Source: Squalus acanthias (taxonomy: Eukaryota). From it: a DNA stretch of 64,000 nt. Below the pieces are notes generated by a model, which saw only the letters and a program-made list of their open reading frames with translations, was not told where the DNA came from and searched no databases. How positions within the stretch are numbered: position 1 is the stretch's first letter; every line of letters begins with the position of its first letter. The position numbers and the translations under genes are program-made. The stretch lies in NCBI GenBank assembly GCA_030390025.1, contig CM059433.1, positions 5,208,001-5,272,000 of the forward strand, in the 5' to 3' direction. This document shows positions 37,425-50,439 of this stretch, piece after piece.

Positions 37425-38032
37425 TGTTTCTGAGGGGGAGGAAAGTATATCAAATGGTCAATTAGCTGTTGCCGAAGAGCTCTCGTTGCAGGCTGATGCC
37501 CTCTCACATCTGCGTCATCTTCACTGTCTTCGGTGTCTTCCCCATCATGTAGTTGAAGATCTTCATCCAGCGATGGCTCCATGTGTTGTCCCGGCTGAAA
37601 TGCAAAGTTATGCAGAATGCAGAAGCCAACCATGACCCAGCGCACTCTCTCTGGGCCAGTATTGTGAATGGCTACCAGACCTAGCCAGGCAACGGAAGCG
37701 TTGTTTGAGCACTCCAACGAGCTGCTTGATGATGACTCTCGTTGAGCCATGGCTGTGGCTGTATCGCAGTTCAGCCGAGCTTCAGAGAGGCGCCATGAGC
37801 CAGGTGTGAAAGGGCGAGCTCTTGTCCCCAAGCAGTCAGCCTCTGACTTGCTGTACACAGTCAAAGAGTAGGGGGGGATGGAGAGCTGACGCAGTATGAA
37901 GGTATCACGATGGTTGCCAGGAAAGCAGGCAAAGGCTTGCACGATGGTGGTAGTCACACACCAGCTGAACATTAGAGGGGAATGGAAGCCTTTATGGCTC
38001 ATGAAGGCTGTTGGATCATTGAAGGAGCCCTG
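37425..38032 (-). pseudogene. Harbinger (HARBI1-like DDE) transposase, C-terminal part
   Basis: FMSHKGFHS...AFACFPGNHRDTFILRQ...CILHNFA, acidic tail, and terminal LRQQLI motif. Confidence 0.8.
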
Positions 38033-39244
38033 AAACATAGAAACATAGAAGATAGGAGCAGGAGTGGGCCATTCGGCCCCTCGAGCCTGCTCCGCCATTC
38101 AATGAGATCATGACTGATCATCCAAATTCAGTACCCTGTCCCTGCTTTCTCCCCATATCCCTCGATCCCTTTAGCCTTAAGAAATATATCTAACTCCTTC
38201 TTGAATATATTTAATTAATTGGCCTCAACTGCCTTCTGTGGTAGAGAATTCCACAGGTTCACCACTCTCTGGGTGAAGAAATTCCTCCTCATCTCAGTCC
38301 TAAATGGCTTACCCCTTATTCTTAGACTGTGACCCCTGGTTCTGGACTCCCCCGCCATCAGGAACATCCTTCCTGCATCTAGTCTGTCTAGTCCTGTTAG
38401 AATTTTATAAGTTTCAATGAGATCCCCTCTCATTCTTCTAAACTCTAGCGAATATAAGCCTAATCGACCCAATCTCTCTTCATACGTCATTCCTGCCATC
38501 CCAGGTATCAGTCTGGTGAATCTTCGCTGCACTCCCTCCATGGCAAGAACATCCTTCCTCAGATAAGGTGACCAAAACTGCACACAATACTCAAGGTGTG
38601 GTCTCACCAAGGCCCTGTACAACTGCAGCAAGACATCCTTGCTCCTGTACTCGAATCCTCTCGCTATGAAGGCCAACATACCATTTGCCTTCTTAACCGC
38701 CTGCTGCACCTGCATGCTTACCTTCAACGACTGGTGCACAAGGACTCCCAGGTCTCGTTGCACTTCCCCTTTTCCCAATCTATTGCCGTTCAGATAATAA
38801 TCTGCCTTCCTGTTTTTGCCACCAAAGTGGATAACCTCGCATTTATCCACATTATACTGCATCTGCCATGCATCTGCTCAATCACCCAACTTGTCCAAAT
38901 CATACTGGAGTTTCTCTGCATCCTCCGCACAACACACACGCCCACCCAGCTTTGTGTCATCTGCAAACTTGGAGATATTACATCTAGTTCCCTCGTCTAG
39001 ATCATTAATATATATTGTGAATAACTGGGGTCCTAGCACTGATCCCTGCGGTACCCCACTAGTCACTGCCTGCCACTCGGAAAAAGACCCATTTATTCCA
39101 ACTCTTTGCTTCCTGTCTGCCAACCAGTTCTCTATCCAAGTCAGTACCTTACCCCCAATCCCATGTGCTTTAACTTTGCACGCTAATCTCTTATGCGGGA
39201 CCTTATCGAAAGCCTTCTGAAAGTCCAAATACACCACATCCACC
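38033..39244 (-). mobile_element. CR1 LINE (family A) inserted in the Harbinger transposase
   Basis: ORFs 38878..39240 ([11 protein letters not shown]...[10 protein letters not shown]...FADD) and 38215..38862; CR1 tail at 38033. Confidence 0.96.
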
Positions 39245-39400
39245 ATGAAGGTGACATCGACGCAGTCAATGACGCACTGGGCTTGGATGAAGCCTACAAT
39301 ATGTGCAAACCCCAGAGCCCTATCCTGCTGTATCCGGTTGTCCACGGAATAATGATGAATTGGTTTGCTTTGACCACCCGCTTGATGCAAGCATGGACTG
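39245..39400 (-). pseudogene. Harbinger transposase, part upstream of the CR1 insertion
   Basis: [28 protein letters not shown] matches the GF...GFP.V.G.IDCTH motif. Confidence 0.75.
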
Positions 39401-39829
39401 ATGCAGGTGACTCTGGGCCTATAAACCCAATGGGCAGGGGAAGAATGTCTGTGAGCTACTCCTCCACCTCTGCGGACTCTCTGTCCCTGTAACTAAAGCT
39501 ACATGAGGTCCTCCCACGTGTTGCTTCTGTTGCTCCTCTTCCTCCAGTCAGAATGGAGTGGCCAGAAAGATTCCGATCTTCTGAAGTAGCCAATACTTCC
39601 CTGAGCTGCCTGAAAGTGTTGCAACAACTACAAACAAAAGTGCAGCTATTTTGCAGCAAGTTACCGACAGAGTAATACAAGCAAGACGATTCTGGCAATA
39701 TAAGTAATTGCAGGTAAGTGCCCCTTTAAATGATGCTGGGACTAGCCGTTTCTGGTCTCAGCCGTCCATTACTAGTTGGCGGGTTTAACACTGAGTGGGC
39801 GCCTCGCTGACGAAAATGCCATAAATAAA

Positions 39830-40318
39830 AAGAAAAGAAAGAAAGACTGTGCATTTCTATAGCGCCTTTCACGACCACCGGACGTCTCAAAGCGCTTTAC
39901 AGCCAATGAAGTACTTTTGAAGTGGAGTCACTGTTGTAATGTGGGAAACGCGGCAGCCAATTTGCTCACAGCAAGCTCCCACAAACAGCACTGTGATAAT
40001 GACCAGATAATCTGTTTTTAGTGATGCTGGTTGAGGGAGAAATATTGGCCCCAGGACACTGGGGATAACTCCCCTGCTCTTCTTCAAAATAGTGCCCATG
40101 GAGATCTTTTATATCCACCTGAGAGGGCAGACGGGGCCTCGGTTTAACGTCTCATCCGAAAGACGGCACCTCTGACAGTGCAGCGCTCCCTCAGCACTGC
40201 ACTAGGAGAGTGTTAGTCTAGCTTTATATGCTACAAGACCCTGGAGTGGGATTTGAACCCACAACCATTCATAAACTCAGAGGTGAATGATGCTACCCAC
40301 TGAGCCACAGCTGACACA
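39830..40318 (-). mobile_element. Full-length tRNA-headed Deu-domain SINE (SacSINE1/AmnSINE-like)
   Basis: Box A TGGCTCAGTGG, box B GGTTCAAATCC, Deu-like body, tail AAAGGCGCTATAGAAATGCA followed by (CTTT)n. Confidence 0.88.
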
Positions 40319-41139
40319 GTAACGGTAGGACCCTGATTTGCATAGAGTAATGAGGCTTCGGTCTGTTTCTGGCCGGAGTTTGGTCATCTAAATCCAGGCC
40401 CACGTGAAAATCATATTGGGTGGGAAGTTGGCGGTAAGATTATTTTTACTATTTTTGGCTCGCTACTGCCCCGTTTCACTCGGTAAAATTGGGCAGCAGG
40501 GAGACAAAAATAGACCCGGAAACCCCGACAGTGGTGGATGCAAAATCCATAAGAGCTTTTAAAAGGGTAAAAAGTTCAAATGGAAGCAATTAAAAGTGTT
40601 TGGGAAAAGGAGCAGGGAAATGGACTCAGCGGATTTCTGTTCCAGAGAGCTGGCACAGCAATGATACGCTGTACGGCCTCCTATATGATTTTATGGGCTG
40701 TTTTATACTCTTTCTGGTGGGGCAGTTGTGAGGGAGGCCTCTTGCCTGCCTTTTTTTATTGTTATTGATCAGGTCAGTTTAATCATTCGGAAAATGTTCA
40801 AATTTATTAGAGGACTTTGGGAGTTGTTAAGAATATAATTTGTGTACATATTGTACACACTATCTGTGCAAGTACCCGACCAAGGGCCATTTGAAAATTA
40901 ATTGTGCTGGAGTGTCTAATTAATCTAATTGCAATAATAAATTCAAATTTCTTCATTTATCATGCCTTGTTTTACACCAGTATCCACTTTAGTACTTAGC
41001 ATTGCCTTATGCCAAAACAAACACTGGTGGATTGAATCTGCCCAATTGAACTGCTCATTCAATTTTTGCCTGAGATAAACAATAATAAATACTGTGGGAA
41101 AAGCTAAAAGGTAAAGGAAAAACATTTTAAAAAAAGGAG

Positions 41140-42832
41140 ATTTTTTTTATTTTTTTTTATTCGTTTATGGGATGTGTGCGTCGCTGGCAAGGTCAACATT
41201 TATTGCCCATCCCTAGTTGCCCTTGAGAAGGTGGTGGTGAGCTGCCTTCTTGAACCGCTGCAGTCCGTGTGGTGAAGGTACTCCCACAGTGCTGTTAGGG
41301 AGTGAGTTCCAGGATTTTGACCCAGCGACGATGAAGGAACGGCCGATATATTTCCAAGTCAGGACGGTGTGTGACTTGGAGGGGAACTTGGAGGTGGTGG
41401 TGTTCCCATGCGCCTGCTGCCCTTGTCCTTCTAGGTGGAAGAGGCCGTGGGTTTGGGAGGTGCTCTCGAAGAAGCCTTGGCGAGTTGCTGCAGTGAATCT
41501 TGTAGATGGTACACACTGCAGCCACGGTGCGCCGGTGGTGGAGGGAGTGAATGTTTAAGGTGGTGGATGGGGTGCCAATCAAGCGGCTGCTTTGTCCTTG
41601 GATGGTGTCGAGCTTCTTGAGTGTTGTTGGAGCTGCACTCATCCAGGCAAGCGGAGAGTATTCCATCACACTCCTGACTTGTGGCTTGGAGATGGTGGAA
41701 AGGCTTCGGGGAGTCAGGAGGCGAGACACGTGCTGCAGAATACTGACCTGTTCTTGTAGCCACAGTATTTATGTGGCTGGTCCAGTTAAGTTTCTGGTCA
41801 ATGATGACCCCCAGGATGTTGATGGTGGGGGATTCAGCGATGGTAATGCCGTTGAATGTCAAGGGGAGGTGGTTAGACTCTCTCTTGTTGGGGATGGTCA
41901 TTGCCTGGCACTTGCGTGGCGCGAATGTTACTTGCCACTTATCAGCCCAAGCCTGAATGTCGTCCGGGTCTTGTTGCATGCGGGCATGGACTGCTTCATT
42001 ATCTGTGGAGTTGCGAATGGCACTGAACACTGTGCAGTCATCAGCGAACATCCCCATTTCTGGCCTTATGATGGAGGGAAGGTCATTGATGAAGCAGCTG
42101 AAGTTGGTTGGGCCTAGGACACTGCCTTGAGGAACTCCTGCAGCGATGTCCTGGTGCTGTGATGATTGACCTCCAACAATCACAACCATCTTCCTTTCTG
42201 CAGGGTATGACTCCAGCCAGTGGAGAGTTTTCCCCCTGATTCCCATTGACTTCAGTTTTACTAGGGCTCCTTGGTGCCACACTCGGTCAAATGCTGCCTT
42301 GATGTCAAGGGCAGTCACTCTCACCTCACCTCTGCAATTCAACTCTTTTGTCCATGTTTGGACCAAGGCTGTAACGAGGTCGGGAGCCAAGTGGTCTTGG
42401 CGGAACCCAAACTGTGCATCAGTGAGCAGGTTATTGGTGAGTAAGTGCTGCTTGATAGCACTGTCGACGACACCTTCCATCACTTTGCTGATGATTGAGA
42501 GTAGACTGATGGGGCGGTAATTGGCCGGATTGGATTTGTCCTGCTTTTTGTGGACAGGACATACCTGGGCAGTTTTCCACATTGTCGGGTAGATGCCAGT
42601 GTTGTAGCTGTACTGGAACAGCTTGGCTAGAGGCGCCGCTAGTTCTGGAGCACAAGTCTGCAGCACGACAGCTGGGATGTTGTCGGGGCCCACAGCCTTT
42701 GCTGTATCCAGTACGCTCAGCCGTTTCTTGATATCTCATGGAGTGAATCGAATTGGCTGAAGACTGGCTTCTGTGATGGTGGGGACCTCAGGAGGAGGCC
42801 GAGATGGATCATCCACTCGGCACTTCTGGCTG
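41140..42832 (-). mobile_element. LINE family B, longest copy, with RT domain
   Basis: ORF 41431..42693: [44 protein letters not shown]; frameshift after the RT. Confidence 0.96.
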
Positions 42833-42859
42833 TGAAGGTGTTAACAACAAAGGTAATTA

Positions 42860-44060
42860 AAAATATATCATTTAATTAAATGTCAAGACAAATTATTTAA
42901 CCTTGTACGAAATGCTGGTGAGGTCACATTTGGACTTTGTGCACAATTTTGGGCACTGTATATTTCGAAGATATCGATACGTTGGAGAAAATTCAGAGAA
43001 AAGAATCTGGGACTTAGGCTTCTAAATTATGAGGAGAGAATCACAGAACGGAACATGTTTCACTGAAGTTGAGAAGACAATGCTAAAAGACTGATGGAGA
43101 TGTGACCAGACTCCTCCCCTAACCTGAACTGAGATGTACAACGGCCTATGTTCTAACTAACTATATTGTGTTGGAAACTCTTTTAGTGAGGTGGTGCATT
43201 GCCTGAACATCAATCTGGGTGAGGAGCAATTTCTAAAATGACAACTGTGCCTCTGGTGGATTAGAACAGGCCCCGAATAAATCCCCAAAGATGTAAATTT
43301 CACCGGAATATACAGGACCGAGCTTGAGTTTCAGGCATAATGAATTTTGAAATTTCTTATGTTTGATAAGATGCCACAAAATTATGTATTTATCTTGTAC
43401 CTTTTACCTTCAATTAATTAAAAAGAGTGCAATACATTTAATGATTTTGAGCTCCAGAAAGTTATATCTCATGTCTCCTTCCCCCACATAATTCACTGGT
43501 GATCTGCTCACTGGCCTCTAATCAAAAAGATTCACATTTGCCGGACAGAGATAAGTAAAATACATTTTTATATCAATTCCAAAAATAATTATTTTTACTT
43601 GACCGTTGTCAGATACATACAGGGGACAGCACATCATTTGGTGCTTTAGTCCAGCACTCATTTCATCTTCAACAAAAAAAAAGGTTCGAGCTCACGCAAT
43701 TACGGAGTGAGTTGCAATTTGGACAGAAAATTGTTCACGTGGCGTAAGTGGAAGATTTTTTTTCCAATGGGGAATGAAGCAGAACGCTTCAAGGATCAAT
43801 ATTTATATCTCAGCTTTACGCAATATTCATTCATTAAATAAACGAAAGAGAATTTCTATGTTTGCGAATGATACGAAATGGTGTCGGAGGCTGAATTATT
43901 TTACAGAAGCAGATTTTTATCCAAAGGATTTTTATAGAGAGACTTAACAGCTGCGCATATGATTGGCAAGTGACATTTATTGGAAGGTAAAGCACATTGG
44001 TGCTAAAAATATCAAAATGATTACAGAATGTGAGACAAACCCTTGAAGAAAGCAGTGAAT
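42860..44060 (+). mobile_element. Scattered ancient CR1 remnants (42860-43100, 43700-44060)
   Basis: Traces such as LYEMLVRSHL and MFANDTK...DWQVTF. Confidence 0.45.
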
Positions 44061-44256
44061 GTAAAGGATTTGGGAGTGAGAAGTGAACCATCTCTTAAAA
44101 CTGCCTTTACATTATGAGACAGCAATTACTGGAATACACCGGCCTACACTGACCTTATCATTTGATAGATGCTCATGCCCTTATGGTTAAAGAAAAATAT
44201 TTAGAATAAATTGGAAAAAAACAAATTCACGTCTTAGTGCTGGCTTCAAACTTAAC

Positions 44257-45003
44257 GGGCTGGATTTTGTCTTGGGGTCGGGTTGGGGTCGTGTCATCCG
44301 CATTTCGTGTTACCACCCGTCTGAAATTGGATGTGGGAGATTGATGCAATTTTCACTTAATTGGGCAATTGAGTTCCAGCATGTGGGAACCCATGAACCA
44401 ATTAGTGGTTTCAGTCTGAAAGTCGCCTCTGATGATGTCATCATTGTAGGTCAGAGACTGCCTGGTCTGGTCTCAGAGATTGCCTGGCCTTTGCTGTGAG
44501 AGGACCTGATGCAAAATGCAGCATCTCAGCAGAGAGAGAGAGAGAGCGAGAGAATTTTTTTTTCCATCCAGGTCCTCCAAAGGCCCCGGCAGTGTCTGAA
44601 GACATTCAATGCAGCAGCATCAGAGGCGACTTTCAGACCTAATACTACTACTACTACCTTCATCACATCTCCGTTGTAACAGTGGACCTGCAGCTGATAG
44701 TCAGCTATCCACTTGTGCTCCCGCCAGGTTTCACTGGAGTGTTTCACATCCGGCGTACTTCACGTTGGAAAAGGGTTAAACTAGCTAAAACATTTCAAAA
44801 TGGCATTACAGAGCCAATTTAGGGCTTGTTAAGGGCTTTAATGGCCTCTCCCGCCTCTTGGCGGCGGGACGGAGTCGGGAACCCCGCGACCGATTTTGTC
44901 AAAATTGCGTGGAGGCGGGTTGGGGTCGGGACCCCCGAATCTGCAACTTTAACTCCCCACACGCCTCCAAACCCGACTCCACGGGTCATTGAAAATCCAG
45001 CCC
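44257..45003. mobile_element. Harbinger-type MITE
   Basis: Perfect 12-bp TIRs GGGCTGGATTTT / AAAATCCAGCCC; 3-bp flanks AAC/ATC. Confidence 0.75.
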
Positions 45004-45268
45004 ATCATCTTCCGTCTTTTCAAGGCTGGTGATAGAAACAGGAGATTGTGGCGTCCAGCCATAGTCCCAGCACCTCTCCCCCGGTGGGGATGTTGCGTGC
45101 TGCTGCAGGAGAGGAAGAGTTACTGCAGCCAGTTGGGGTCACTTTGACTTTGGGCGATAGCGTAAAATGAAGTTGAAGACAATGGAAATGAAAATCAGGA
45201 GAGTTATATAACGGGCTCCTGAACCACTATCACCAGTTTTACATTGTCAAAGTCACAATTACCCACAG

Positions 45269-46548
45269 TGTAAGATTTGGATCACAGGTCACACACAGAT
45301 TACCCAATGGGTCTTAGGAGTCACAATTTATTGCAAGGGGGTTGGAGTATAAGAGTAAGGAAGTCTTGCTACAATTGTACAGGGCCTCGGTGAGACCACA
45401 CCTGGAGTACTGTGCACAGTTCTGGTCTCCTTATCTAAGGAAGGATATACTTGCCTTGGAGGCGGTGCAACGAAGGTTCACTAGATTGATTCCTGGGATG
45501 AGAGGGCTGTCCTGTGATGAGAGATTGTGTAGAATGGGCCGATATTCTGGAGTTTAGAAGAATGAGAGGTGATCTCATTGAAACATACAAGATTCTGAGG
45601 GGGATTGACAGGGTAGATGCTGAGAGGTTGTTTCCCCTGGCTGGGGAGTCTGCAACTAGGGGGCATCGTCTCAGGATAAGGGGTCGGCCATTTAAGACTG
45701 AGATGAGGAGGAATTTCTTCACTCGGAGGGTAGTGAATCTTTGGAATTCTCTGCCCCAGAGGGTTGTGAATGCTGAGTCTTTGAGTATATTCAAGGCTGA
45801 GATAGATAGATTTTTGGACTCTAGGGGAATCAAGGGATATGGGGATCGGGCGGGAAAGTGGAGTTGAGGTCGATGATCAGCCATGATCTTATTGAATGGC
45901 GGAGCAGGCTCGAGGGGCCGTATGGCCGACTCCTGCTCTTATTTCTTATGTTCTTATGTAAGTCGTTTTATTAAGGAGCGGCACTTCAAATATAATCAAA
46001 TACAACACGCAATCAGGATAGACATACAACCCGTTACAGATGAGAACGATTTACCGGCCCCGGAACGGACGGACGGACGTTGAGGCAGAACGGTGGTCTC
46101 GGATGGATCCCTGCAGCCTGGGGCAGTGGTCTCTTCCTCTTTGATCGTCTCCTGAGGCTGGCAGAGGTGTTAAGCCGAAGCTAGCATGGATCCACTCCGG
46201 GGAAGCCCTTCCCCTCTCTGCCTGTTATTCCCCTTTCAGCTTCCCGTTTATATACCTTATTTGGGGGGGTGGAGTTGGGGGGATACCTCGCGGTCAATCA
46301 TTTGTTTCATCACTTTTACCCATTCAATTGTCCAATTACAGAGGGATAGGTACCTACGGCAGACCCCTCCTAGTCTCATCATTCCTCTGCTTATCTCTTG
46401 TTTGGACATCTTACTACCTACTCCTGGATAGTTTGTTTATCATGAGGCTCCTTACTCAAACTTTTATCAGGCCCAGCTATACCTACTCGAAGGCCTGTTC
46501 TGTGTTATGTCCTTGTAACGAGCTCTCTTTGAAAATCATTATCTGACA
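45269..46548 (-). mobile_element. Possible solo LTR interrupted by a CR1
   Basis: TG...CA ends; minus-strand TATATAAA (~46250) upstream of AATAAA (~45970); no convincing TSD. Confidence 0.35.
45328..45960 (+). mobile_element. CR1 LINE 3' fragment
   Basis: ORFs 45342..45557 and 45514..45867; CR1 tail (TTCTTATG)n. Confidence 0.94.
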
Positions 46549-47031
46549 TGATTAGAATTGTTCTCTGTCATCAACTCAGCAGACTGCTGAGCTAGGGAAA
46601 CCCATATATTATTAAAAGACTATTATTTCATACAATTCCCAATTTCTTCCAATTCACGATTTCTTACACAGTATGTGTAGCAACATCATAAATGCATTCA
46701 AAAACAGAATGTTTACAATTGGGGCTACACATTACGACCACCTTGGCCCCTTGTGAAGTGATCAAGCAATGCAGCAGGGATTTGAGAAATAGTTTTGCAA
46801 AATTGGGCATGAGTTGCAGGAGTGTGACGTTCCAAATCCTCCTCTAATTCATCACAAAAGTCACACAGCATCTGTTTTTTAAACAGAATTTCCCCCCCCA
46901 AAAAATGGTATATGATGAGACCTGGGAACGGGATAGCATCGTGGGTCAGCACGCTGTCCTTTCTATTCTGAGAAATGGGTAATGGGACGGAAGTCCACTC
47001 TCTTTGCCAGCAGTGAGGAATTTAAGGTAAA

Positions 47032-47660
47032 GGGGGAAAAATTGGCTTGCGCCCCCTTGGGGCGCTACTGGAAGCGCTCCCCCTCCCTCTTGGGGCGCTC
47101 CCATTCCATATTGCGGGGCTATGTGCAGCAGCGCCACATTCGTCCATACGTAGCACCGCGGTATTGCAGGCCTCCCTCCCCTGATTAAAGGGGAGGGGCC
47201 TAGCGTAGCGCGCACCGGGGGCCCTGCTGGACCACCGGGGAGCGGAGTGCCGGGAAAAGAGCCCGGCACTCAAGAGGAGTGCCGGGCTGACCGATCGCGG
47301 CCGGCACCCCGCAGGAGAAGGCGAGAGGGGGCAGGTGCTGGCGGGCGGCCCAAAAAAAATGGCCACCAGGCACCTGCCCTTTAATTATTGCCGCCCCGGC
47401 TGCAAACACGGCACCCTGACCCTGTCGGACAGAGCATCCGACGGTAGGTCAGGGGGCGCGAGCCAAGTTTGCGGCCGGGGCGTGAGTGGGACGCTGCGCA
47501 CTGCGATGACGTCATCGCCGGAGGCGCTACCAGCTACCGCTGCCGCTAACCTCCCGCTGAATTTTGTGGGAGGCGTCAGCGGTGCCGCACCCGGGCGCTA
47601 GGTGCTTTGCGCCCCTCGGGGCCGCTAACGGGAGGCGCAAAACAACCAAATTTTTCCCCC
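47032..47660. mobile_element. MITE family M1, copy 2
   Basis: TIRs GGGGGAAAAATT / AATTTTTCCCCC; TSD AAA; reverse homolog of 17631-18378. Confidence 0.88.
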
Positions 47661-47914
47661 AAAGAGTTTAGCCAGTCACAACTCAGTCCCCAGTGGTTGT
47701 AAGCTTGAACTACACAACTGTACACAATTCAATACTAATTGGTACAAAATTGGTCCTCTCAGTGAGGAAAGTGGTGCCACTGAGGGAGGCTGGTGCTGGT
47801 AATGCAAAATTTCACACATGCGCAGTGAAGGGTCCTCTTCTGAGGCAGTGGGTGGGAATAATTCAGACATATTGTTGGGGCAGAGCGGAGGCAGCTTCAT
47901 AGGTTTATTATCAA

Positions 47915-48592
47915 AATTTTATTCATTTATGGGATCAGGGCGTCGCTGGCTATGCCAGCATTTATTGCCCATCCCTAGTTGCCCTTGAGAAGGTGGTGGT
48001 GAACCGTCTTCTTGAACCGCTGCAGTCCGTGTGGTGAAGGTACTCCCACAGTGCTGTTAGGGAGGGAGTTCCAGGATTTTGACCCAGCGACGATGAAGGA
48101 TCGGCGATATACTTCTAAGTCAAGGTGGTGTGTGACTTGGAGGGGAACTTGGAGGTGGTGGTGTTCCCATGCGCCTGCTGCCCTTGTCCTTCTAGGTGGA
48201 AGAGGTCGTGGGTTTGGGAGGTGCTGCCGAAGAAGCCTTGATGAGTTGCTGCAGTGCATCTTGTAGATGGTACACACTGCAGCCATGGTACGCCGGTGGT
48301 GGAGGGAGTGAATGTTTAAGGTGGTGGATGGGGTGCCAATCAAGCAGGCTGCTTTGTCCTGGATGGTGTCGAGCTTCTTGAGTGTTGTTGAAGTTGCACT
48401 TATCCAGGCAAGTGGAGAGTATTCCATCACACTCCTTACTTGTGCCTTGTAGATGGTGGAAAGGCTTTGGAGAGTCAGGAGGTGAGACACTCGCTGCAGA
48501 ATACCTAGCCTCTGACCTGCTCTTGTTGCCACAGTATTTATGTGGCTGGTCCAGTTAAGTTTCTGGTTAATGGTGACCCCCAGGATGTTGGT
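47915..48592 (-). mobile_element. LINE family B 3' fragment
   Basis: ORF 47975..48601; family-B 3' end. Confidence 0.93.
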
Positions 48593-48597
48593 AGATT

Positions 48598-49592
48598 CCA
48601 TCTATATTAATGACTTGGATGAAGGGACTGAGTGTAATGTAGCCAAATTTGCTGATGATACAAAGATAGGTGGGAAAGCAAATTGTGTGGAGGACGCAAA
48701 GAATCTCCAAAGGGATATAGATAGGCTATGTGAGTGGGCAAAAATCTAGCAAATGGAGTTTAATGTGGGAAAATGTGAGGTTATCCACTTTGGTAGGAAA
48801 AATAAAAAAGCAAATTATTATTTAAATGGGGAGAGATTACAAAATGCTGAGGTATAGAGTGATCTGGGGGTTCTTGTACAAGAATCACAAAAAGTTAGCA
48901 TGCAGGTACAGCAAGTAATTAGGAAGGCAAATGGAGTGTTGGCCTTTATTGCAAAGAGAATGGTGTATAAAAGTAGGGAAGTCTTGCTACAACTGTACAG
49001 GGCGTTGGTGAGATCACACCTGGTGTACTGCGTACAGTTTTGGTCTCCTTACTTAAGGAAGGATATACTTGCACTGGAGGCAGTTCAGAGAAGGTTCACG
49101 AGGTTGATTCCGGAGATGAAAGGGTTGTCTTATGAAGAAAGGTTGAGCAGGTTGGGCCGATACTCATTGGAGTTTAGAAGAATGAGAGGGGATCTTATTG
49201 AAACATATAAGATACTGAAGGGGCTTGACAGGGTAAATGCAGAGAGGATGTTTCCCCTCGTGGGGGAATCTAGAAATAGGGGGCATAATTTCAGAATAAG
49301 GGGGCACTCTTTTAAATCTGAAATTTGGAGGAATTTCTTCTCTCAGAGGGTCGTGAATCTTTGGAATTCTCTTCCCCTGAGAGCTGTGGAGGCTGGGTCA
49401 TTGAATATATTTAAGGTGGAGATAGACAGATTTTTGAACGATAGGGAGTCAAGGGTTATGGGGAGTGGGCAGGAAAGTGGAGTTGAGGCCAAGACCAGAT
49501 CAGCCATGATCTTATTGAATGGCGGAGCAGGCTCGAGGGGCCAAATGACCTACTCCTGCTCCTATGTCTTATGTTCTTGTGTTCTTATGTTA
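48598..49592 (+). mobile_element. CR1 LINE 3' portion
   Basis: IYINDLDEG...FADDTK; ORF 48900..49607; close to 14196-15205. Confidence 0.95.
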
Positions 49593-50439
49593 ACTGGTCT
49601 ACATTGACACAATCTAGTCCCTTCGTTATTTTATAAATCTTGATCAAATCACCTCTGAGTGTACGGTTTTCTAAAGTCTACAGACTTTGAGCCTATTTCG
49701 GCAACTAAGGTGTTTTAAACTGAGAATTAATCTTGTGGCCCTCCTCTCCACCCTTTCCATAGCATCAATATCCCCTTCCATGTGACGAGACCAAAAGTGG
49801 TCACAGTATTCTAACCAAGGCCTAAACAAGGTTTTGTACAAGGAAAACATTTAGCACTTGACCTACCCAAGTTCATGACACTACATTTTTCTTCAAGTTA
49901 AACTTCACTTGTCAAACACAGGTCCATCCCCCAATACATCAAGTGGTTGAGCATCCTCTACAGTCCTAACACTCGCATGTATCTTGGTATCACCCCCCCC
50001 CCCCCCCACCAACATCTACATCTAAATCATCAATGAAAATAGTAAAATAGCAAAGGTCCCAACAGCGATCCCTGTGGCACACCACGAAAAAAAGACTCCA
50101 CTTGAGTTTATAAACTGGCCATGGGGTCCAGATGTCTACCATTACACTCTTGAAATCTGATTTGACACCAAACTGGGATCTGACTCCGGAATGCATTGTC
50201 CACAGGGAGACTGTGTCCTGTGCTGGCACTGTAATTGGTTGATTGAAATGTGGCCCTATTACATGGTCAATGTGGGCAAAACCATGATATTGTAACATGG
50301 CACGATGGACCAGACGAAAATGAGCATTTACAAAGATGAGCAGCTGCCAGAGTTCCCTGCAAGCTCCCTCTGCGATGGTGTACCAACTTTAGTCTGGATC
50401 AATAAAGAAGTTTAGCAAGACAACCTATTAAAATGCTGT

